Part shown: in pieces, positions 35,061-43,490 of the stretch
How positions within the stretch are numbered: the stretch's first letter is position 1
Layout of the letters: each line of letters starts with the position of its first letter
NCBI GenBank assembly: GCA_000934665.2
Contig: JYFJ02003329.1
Span: 1-43,490 of the forward strand
DNA: 43,490 bases
Reading direction: 5' to 3'
From: Catajapyx aquilonaris
Lineage: Eukaryota
Notes under the pieces: generated by a model
Database searches by the model: none
Seen by the model: only the letters and a program-made list of their open reading frames with translations
Told to the model about the DNA's origin: nothing
Made by a program: the position numbers and the translations under genes

Positions 35061-38000
35061 AGAGTTTGGCTCGAGAAAGGACAATGCGCGGGTCTCGGGG
35101 CGAGGGACATAAACCTGTCCTCAGCGGTCATAAGTCAGGAGGTCTCCACAAACGCAGTCCACCCCACCACCCCCATTTTTATGGTGAGGGCCGCCAGCAG
35201 GAGGAGAGCTAGGAATTCAATAAGCACAAGGAGGCGCTAATGTGGCCTTGGGGGTCCGGTGGGGACAAAAGGTGAAATATGGCAACTATGCACAGGTATG
35301 CGCACACCTTCCTGCTCGCCCATGGATTTTTCCAAGCCAGATGCTGTTCAAAAAAAAAAAAGATTTTTGTTCACTGCTGATTTTTGGGTACCTTTCACAC
35401 ATTTTTGGTACTGTTCAAAAGCTGTTGGCAGGGAAACGGCGGTCGGTTTTTCCTCTTTTTCCAAGCTCGACAAACAAGTCCTCTGAGGCAACATTACCAT
35501 AAGCAATTACTGCTGCCTTTTCGTCAATATCGACTCCTCCTACTATTCAAGAAGGGCTATACAAAAAATAAGACAAAAAAAAATTTGTGAAGGAGGGTCT
35601 GATCCCTTTCCTTCTGAAGACTCCTGCAATTAGTCTTCTAAGCGAATACACGGGCTTCTGTTTCATAATCGATTTCCCCCTCACTGTTTGTCTGGAATGG
35701 CGGTTTTGCTTCCCGCCAAAAGAGACAGTCATTGAAAATTCCATTGGGATCTACTCAATTAAGAATGTCCCTAATTAAACATTCGAAGGAAGAAAAAAAA
35801 ACGAGCGAATTAGGGCGGAATAGGATCTTAAGAAACACAGATTCGTAAAACTCGAGCAGAAAAAGCTCCAATTATAAGTTTCAAACTCTTTTTTCTTCTT
35901 ATTTTCTCTCCAAAGAATAATACTGCTCCCGGGTCCAGAGATGGAGCTTTGATATTACAAACTAGGTAAGTCACATTCCGCATGTGATGTCCATCCCACA
36001 TGTTTCTCCAAGCCCGCCTCATGCCCATCACCACACTGAATCTCATTTCGCATCGCATTAACACCAGAGTTCATTAGCCCGCTCTCTCCCCCGCTCATCA
36101 TCAAGGCGACATTCTAGCTCACACAGTCGCATCAGAATCATCCCATTTTTTTTGTGAAAAGGTACACCTCATTTTCCTACAGAACAATGCATGGACGAGT
36201 CTTTGTCCAGCCGGCACCTGAACTAAAGCAATTAATCCTGAGGAAGCTACCGTTGTGTCCTACAAGACAGACGGCAGCATCATCTGCTGAATGTTGGCAA
36301 CCCTCTCTACATGGTGTCTCATCTCGTAACGAGCATGATTATTCCAATATTAATTTACGCAACGCTTACGTTACGTACTGCCAAATCAGCCCCTTTTTTT
36401 CTCCCTTATTTTCTTCTTTCTCTTTCCATCTCCTTCCTCTGCATTTTGGGGTGCTCCGGAATAAAAGGTCCCTCTGAGTAAACAGCGGCCGTGGAAAGCG
36501 AAGAGGAGCATTAGCATACAGTCTACTGGCTCGGCGAAATTCGATTTTTTTTTCTTTCCTTTCCTCCCCCTTCTTATTTCAGGAGGAAAAGTAGGAACGC
36601 CTTTCAGCTCCTGAAGCTGGTCAACATTCTGATTGGAGAAAATGAACTCACATTCAAACGGGGGAGGGATTGCCTCTCCCTTCTTTTTTTTTTCTTCTTC
36701 TTACTTTTTTCCCCCCCCATCTACTTTTTCGACTGCACATATAGTGAGCACATACTAAAAATTCAGCCTGTATGGTGAATACCCGCACGCGTGCTGCAAA
36801 TAGAAAAGAATTTGTAATAGGCTGGGACCAAGAGGCTAATTTAGCGGATGGGGCTTAGAAATCTGGTCACACGCGGTGTCCGCCATCGGGCTTTGTTTAC
36901 GGCACCGAATGTTGGGCCCTTACATGCTCCCATCCAGACGAGAGATGAGCATTTTTGAAAATGCAAGGGGCGGCGCCTGCTGCCAGGGCGTCGAGGGCGT
37001 CGAAGGAAAAAAAAACTGGTCATATCCCCTGTCCCGTTCTGTCTAAAGAGCCAAATAAGATGCGGTCCCGAAAGCCCTAAAGCCCTCTAAGTATGGTATA
37101 CTATCTTCCACAGCATTAATGCAAACTGTTTCTATAATTTACAGGCTCATGGGTTTTATCTATCGAATGATCATTTAAAAAAAAAAAAAGCTATAATGAC
37201 ATGGATTCGAGGAGGGAAGGCCCTGCATTTATCTAGGGGTCTCTGTAATGAGGAATGGGCTCGTTTGCTTTTGTTATCATTGGCCATTCCGCAACTGGGA
37301 ATCTCGTTCTTGAAATGGACATGTAATTTGGGGGAGGGTCTCCCCGCACTCTCATTCTCCCTTTGGTTGTACAGCATCCCCCTACGCACATCCCTCTTGT
37401 GGCCCCCGCATTGAGTTATGGACATTAATTTTTTAGGAAGGGATTTTATGGAGAAGAAATGATTAGGTGTATGGGCGACGTTCCGGGGGACCCAAAGTCG
37501 GAGCCAATTTTGGAAAATTTAGCTCCCGTGCTGCAGGCGACATATGCGGATAATAGTCCGATTTCGAAAGGAGGTGGGATGGGGAGGGGGGAGGGTTCAC
37601 TCACTCACTCTCCCCCCTCCACCCACCCCTCCCCTTTTTTCCCTATCCTTTTTTTCCGTCTTTCCTCGCTTCCTCATACTGATGAAAATAAGGCCCCGGA
37701 TTTTGCAGCCCCCTAAAGGCTGCTCCCTCCTCCCCCCAGCAGCTCCGGACTTCTTTCTTCATACATATATACGATTTTTTATTAGAGTTGGCCACGGAAA
37801 TCCTCCGGCCCCTGCTTTTCTTGCCTCCCAAGACTTATCAGCAATCAGGGGGAGGCCAGCAAAAGAAAAGAATGGGATCGACTTAAGTCTGCGCCAAATA
37901 TACTTAAGCTCCCTGCACGCGTAACGACATCTTACCCAGCATTATTCTAGAAAAAAAAGGGGGGGCTGCCACGCCCCGATAAAAAATTCCTGCCACCACT

Positions 38001-39653
38001 TTGTTGATGTTTATGGTTGGATACACATGTGACCTCCTATTCAAAATATCCATCGGACCTATCCATCTCCGTACCGTTACCGGAGATATGTAGCGCACGT
38101 TGGCCCTTCTCCCCTGCCCCTCACTAACTTCTCCCACTTCAAAGCTCTCCCTTGTGTTTCAAGCCGGACGAAGCCCAAACTCCCTTCGAGAAACGGTGGA
38201 TAGAAGAAGGGGGAAGGCGGAGGAGGGAGGGCAATGGGATTGGGACGGGGCGGAAATGTAGCTCACGTTTGGAGTTCACTTTTATTGGGTGAGCCTCCCG
38301 AGAGCCGTAAATAAGGATACAATACTACTTTATGATATGAATTCAAATCAAGCGAATTTGGGTCCGTAATAGAAATTACCAATAAGGCGTGTCGGTCTAG
38401 GGAGGCTGGAGCACAGGAGGGGGGGGTGGATGGAGAAGGAGGGGTCTGAGCGCAAAGCCCAGAGAAGCGGCGCGCATACAAAGGGGGTCTCCGGACCTCC
38501 TCCGGAACGTGGAAAAATTACGGGAGAGCTGCAGCGCCGCCAACGACACAAGACGTACTAATCTAGACTTTTTAAGAATTCATGTCATTGCTAGCCCAAC
38601 GGGGAATGGACCAAACATGGCACGGACCAAAAATGGCGGCCGATATTCCCACCTTACTAATTTCTTTTGGCAAAAAAACGGCCGGATTTCAATGTGATTC
38701 ATTCACGGAGCTTTCATGTTTCTCCAGCAATTTTGTACAAGAAGAAAAAAAAAAAGAAGTAATAAGTTCGTGCAGGACTTTAACCGCAATCTGTGGCGCT
38801 CCGGACTGACCTCATCTCCAACGGAGCGGATACCGCAAAGCTCGGAAAAACCTTAGACAAAAGTCGCGGCAGAATCACGACGTCCGATCATATAGCTCTA
38901 ATTACACTGCCAGAGAGAGGGAAAAGGAGCAAGAATGGAGGAGAGGGGGGAGGTATAGGGAGGGAGAGAAAAAAGAAAGTTCGTTTGCATGGCCTATTAC
39001 CCCGATCCTACTTCCATCCGAATCCCCAATTAGGACTCCGAATCCCGGACACATTAACGATACAGACACGAATGAAAAGTTCTCCCCCCTCCTTTTCGAC
39101 TTGGCGCGGTTTTCTTTAATGAATCTCGGGTTTCTTAGGAAGGGAATAAAGACGCTGGAATTCTCTCCCCCTGTTTTTTAATTGATGGAAGAAAAAAGAA
39201 AAAAAAGCTGGAGCTTTAAAAGCGACAGACACTCAGTTTGCTCATCCTGCCGGAAAACGAGCGCGATTTTAGCTCAAAAAACAATGAACTCCCAAAGCCA
39301 AAAAAAATAATACGCTTCAAGCAAATGCAAAAAAAAAAGGCTCATACCCTGCGTCGGGATTCATGCACAAACCAATAAAGTGACCACAAACGCAGGTAAG
39401 AGCCAACTAACTACATACCAAGAGTGAAAAATATCGGGACGATACCGCCTCCTTCGTGCATTAAATGCTCTAGGTTTCCGAATCCCTGCAGAGAGGAATA
39501 AGGGGAGAGGTCAATCGCAAAAATGGTCATTTTTGCGAGTGACCTCTCGACCCGGATGAGCATGGAATCAAACGAACGGGCGTGGTTCCCTCTATTTTAT
39601 TCTGGGCCTTGTGAGAGGCTGTCAGACTAGTAGAGTAGTGTATAGTCTGAGTA

Positions 39654-39669
39654 GTGAGTGAGTGAGTGA
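39654..39669. repeat. (GTGA)4 simple repeat
   Basis: Read directly; flanks the 39.7-39.8 kb GC island. Confidence 0.85.
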
Positions 39670-39684
39670 GAAAAGGGCAGCTAC

Positions 39685-39835
39685 CGTGGTGGTTTGGGAC
39701 GAGTCGGCGTCCTCCTGGACGAATGGGGGCGAGGTTGATGGGAATGGAGGCCCGTGGCTTGTTGCTGCCACAGAAGAAGAGCCGCCTGGTCGCGGCCTCC
39801 TCGCGCCTCCACTTCGCTCTCGGGGACGCCCACCT
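39685..39835 (-). other. Candidate 151-nt exon; one frame resembles a degenerate Pax6-type homeodomain C-terminus
   Basis: GC-rich island flanked by simple repeats. Minus-strand acceptor TTTGCCCTGCAG| and weak donor CACG|GTAGCT. The phase-0 frame gives [34 protein letters not shown]... All three frames are open. Confidence 0.3.
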
Positions 39836-39876
39836 CTGCAGGGCAAATATCACGCTAATCACTCCCATACCCAATT

Positions 39877-39924
39877 CCTACCTACCTACCTATCAAGCCT
39901 ACCTACTCCTATCTACCTGCCTAA
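39877..39924. repeat. (CCTA)n simple repeat: 4 perfect units, then degenerate
   Basis: Read directly; flanks the GC island on the other side. Confidence 0.85.
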
Positions 39925-40157
39925 CTAGTCAAAACACGACTACACCCCCAAAAACACTACTGCAGAATGGTGGTCCGGGAACCGTCACTCTATGTACTCG
40001 ACAAGACATTAAGGTTGGGGCAGGCAGGAAATATGTGGTTTCTAACAAACTCCTGGAGCATACAACAGACCCGTTTACACGAGGCCACTGCTAGCAGCGG
40101 CCTCGTGTAAACGGGCCTATGCTTTGACAAGCGCGATCGAGACGTGATCACGATGAT

Positions 40158-40209
40158 GCTCACCACTGTCAGTGAGCAAATATCACGACCGCGTCTCGCA
40201 CGCTTTATA
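40158..40209 (-). promoter_or_regulatory. Possible TATA box followed by a splice donor (short first exon?)
   Basis: Minus-strand TATAAA at 40209-40204, then CAGTG|GTGAGC with GT at 40163-40162. This lies 328 nt upstream of the acceptor ending at 39836. Confidence 0.25.
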
Positions 40210-43200
40210 ACATATGATATTGAAGTGTGCAAATGGCAGAACTTGTGATAGAATGCACCTTGGCAGAACAAAACCTAATTATTAGTTTAAAATAAATGTA
40301 CAAAATTCCTACTAAAATTATTTCTGACTTTGAAAAATAGCGACATGATTTTCAGCGAATAGCTGGCAACAATGGGTTGACAGCTGCCCGCGCAATTTGA
40401 CAAAACATTTCAAAGTGGCAAAGTAGGCATTAAAATATTTAAGTTAATATCTTCAACCAGCAGCCAATGTGCATTATAACAATATAACTGGGCTACTACG
40501 ATACGAATTTTTTCCCCACCCCATCAAGCTTGTCGTTCACAAAAATAGCGAAAGTTCTAGAAGTGGGCAGAGTGGGCACATTAAGCGACAAAATAATCAC
40601 CACCTATTACCTACCAGTACAACCTGTTTAAAATCATGGTTAAAAACATCTTATTCAGAACAAATCACATCACTATTAAAAATGCGCCTAAGTACAGCCA
40701 CCTCCCCCAAAAAGTACATGCGCGCCTGCCCTTAAAAAGCGCCTACACGTAGTTGAATACCTGAAAGGAATGGAACTGTATAGTAAAAGAGTGGAGGACC
40801 ATTCAGAGCTGGCAGCATCATTAGTCATTGTTGCAAACGCAACTCGCAATTGGTTTAGTCCGGCCAGCCACACCGCGGCCGGCTTGGCGACATTCATTTC
40901 CGTCACTTGCTCTGCCAAGGGATATCCGTTTCTACTCGCACCTCCACCATTAAAATGTCAGTCGGGGGGGAACTCGCAATAACTACTCTACCTTTTTTTT
41001 CCTATTCTTCCGAACCTACATTGCTAAACTGGCTTAGGTTGGCTCATTTCCGACATAGCAGGATATCGGTCATGTTCGGTGTTAAGACAACAGACGGCGC
41101 GAAGAACACCCGAGGTGCATCGCAAACACCAAATCAGACCCCTAGAGTTCTGTTGCCATAAGCAACAATATTCCTTCATGTAGCCTTGGGTAGAAGTGGC
41201 AACCCGGAGGATTTTTCCCCTTCTCTTTTCTTATACCCACCCTCATTCAGCACCTTTTTCTTTCCCGGTCCCCTGAGTTAATGCGGGCTCCGGAATGCCG
41301 TCGGACACCCCAATGTCCTGCCCTCTGGTCAGGAGAGCCTCGATTGTTTCATCTCCCATAGGGAACCGGCCAAACCGGGTCAGGCGACAAAGAGCCAAGC
41401 AACCTATCCAAGCGTCCCCTGTCTGCTTTACTTCTTCTTCTTCTTCACCCCACCCCATCCTCAAAAAAAGGATCCGGATCTACCAAACACCGCTCCACTC
41501 ATAACCGCCCCCTGCTAAGCCCTCACTATAATCCCCCAACTTTGTTCCGGAGCGCCCCCAGAAACGCTACAACAAGACTCGCCATTAATGTCATTTTGAT
41601 ATTACCTCGACAAGCCTCCAGAACCTGTTTTAGGCTCGTAAAAGACACCAAGACGCACGGAATTTTTCTACTCAAAATCTGGGCTCATTATTAGTGGACG
41701 TTACGTGCGACACTGCACACATGCAAGATTTACGTCATTCGACCTTGGTATTTCTCTCCCTAAAAATGGCAACCCTGGGTCCTACCAGGTGCAGTGTCGC
41801 CTTGTTCAACCCAGGTCCTTCTTCCTCATCTAATCTGCCATCTTGCCAACTGGCCCGACCTAGCCTCTAAGAACCAGGACCGATCAATCCGCCTTGTTTT
41901 TTTAATGAACCGCTTTTCTTTCCGCCATGATGCTGCACTCAGGCCCGTCCCAACTTTTTAAAAGCATCTCTTGCTGATATCAGATAATAAGTTGAAGGGA
42001 AGGCTAATTCCCAATTTTTTCTTCCCTCTTCCGGTAATGCGAATTCATGTGGGACCCCAGGATGAAATATTAATCTCTTCTAGGAGCGTTCAACTTGATA
42101 GCTTTCCCAGCTAATTTCCTCCAGCGTTCGAAAAAAGGAGGGAGAGGGGGTGGGGTGCAATCCACAGGATTAAAACTATTTCCATAAAGTTCTAATTTTT
42201 TTAGATTAATGTGTGTGGCGGGAGTGCTTCCTCCATCTTGGACGAGGGACGGATGGGGGCCCCCCAACCCCGTTAAAAAAATGTGCGTCATCATATTAAA
42301 CGTGACGTCACTTATGTAACACCCGGTGAGTGGAATGCGCGAATGGCACGGCAACTTGACCCGGCGGTGCCATCAATTGAAGAATAACGGTTAAACCTTG
42401 GGCAATAATCAGAGGCCAAAAACACTTCCCATAAAAGCCACTCCTAATTTTCGGATAAGGTGGTCACTCCTTAAAAGGTGCGGGGGTCAAGGCGGCTTTT
42501 GGAAAGCGCATTGTCCATATCAACAAAAAGGGCCGGAGAAACCCAAGCCACCATTTACGGCGGGTTTTAGCCTCCAGAAACAATTAAAAAGCCTGCACCG
42601 GTACCTTCCATACCCACAGCTGCGATTGTGACAACTGTCGTTATTAACCGACCCCAAAAATAACGAGCCCTTGACGTTTCACATCCGCAGGTTCAGTTAT
42701 CACTTATCAACCAGTAATTTACAATGCAAATCCCCGCATTTCCTCCTAGTGACCAAAAGGGAAGGTCATGCAATTGGGGGGAAAGCAGCCGGAAGGGAGT
42801 ACAACACCATTTAGGCGAGGTGAAGCCAGTTTGCGAAATCTTTCTGCCGGACAAACAAACCATACCCCGACTGAAAGGCGGCTTTTGCTCATCAAAAGCA
42901 GTGGGAGTTGCAAAAGGTACACGCACACCGGATACCTGGATTTAAAAATACAGCCAATCCCCAACCCCCCTCCTAATGAAAGTTGGCGAATTTTTCACCC
43001 AACCATTTCCTACTAAATCATCTGTACCCCCGGGTCCGTTTCCTCATCACGGAAGTGGCTCCGATTGTCTGTTGTGGCCTCCCCATCATCATCAACGGAT
43101 ATAAAAGAGGTGGTTTCCCTAGACGGAACATGTCAGGCCTTCCTACTGGCGGATCCCACTATTCTTCGCCACTCAAACTGGATGGCCTTTCCCATTGCGA

Positions 43201-43490
43201 CAGCCAGCATTTTGCTCTCTTCAAAAAGCGTCCCACGTCAAAAACGTCCGCTCGGTTAATTGAGGCTGTTTATACGCGCCGGAGCTCCCTTGTATAATGA
43301 TTCCTACCTAGAGGTAACTTCAATGCTGTCATGGTCCACGAGCATGCTTTTTTCCCTCCGATAGTCCTGATGACAAACACCGGTCGACCCAGCGCCCTAT
43401 GAACTTTCACATTCTTGTGGGCGGTGCATTGTTCCAATATTCGGACAGCCTATCATCGTGTATCGACACAAACGTCGACGCATTTTACGC

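Noticed and set aside
35000..35075. tRNA gene
   Set aside because: No cloverleaf: the anticodon arm is missing and the T-stem is unpaired.
1..43490. Prokaryotic, phage or large-DNA-virus origin for the whole window
   Set aside because: Coding density is far too low and there are no hallmark genes; microsatellites and animal-type motifs dominate.

Overview
This is gene-poor eukaryotic DNA, most likely from an animal genome. That call is an inference from the homeodomain, YY1 and CTCF-like motifs, GT-AG splice signals, abundant CpG and frequent A/T/G/C homopolymer runs. There are no operons, CRISPR arrays, rRNA, complete tRNA or recognisable transposase/RT. Nearly all ORFs in the track look like noise. 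The one convincing coding segment is a GC-rich minus-strand ORF (9714-10586, 290 aa). It has an F-box-like motif, two atypical C-x2-C-x12-H zinc-finger-like motifs, a proline tract and an acidic tract, and it may be the last exon of a spliced gene. A second GC-rich island (39685-39835, minus) looks like an exon. One of its frames reads as a degenerate Pax6-type homeodomain end (RAKWRREE), and its phase fits an internal acceptor in the zinc-finger ORF ~29 kb away. The DNA between them looks like a cis-regulatory landscape. It holds a five-unit YY1/Pho-type array (~15.8 kb), a 10-bp-phased ATCGA/DRE cluster (~20.8 kb), three P3 paired-homeodomain palindromes beside a TATA box (~21.8 kb) and a dense multi-factor motif cluster (~25.2 kb). 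All calls were made by eye without searches, and the spliced-gene model is a hypothesis.
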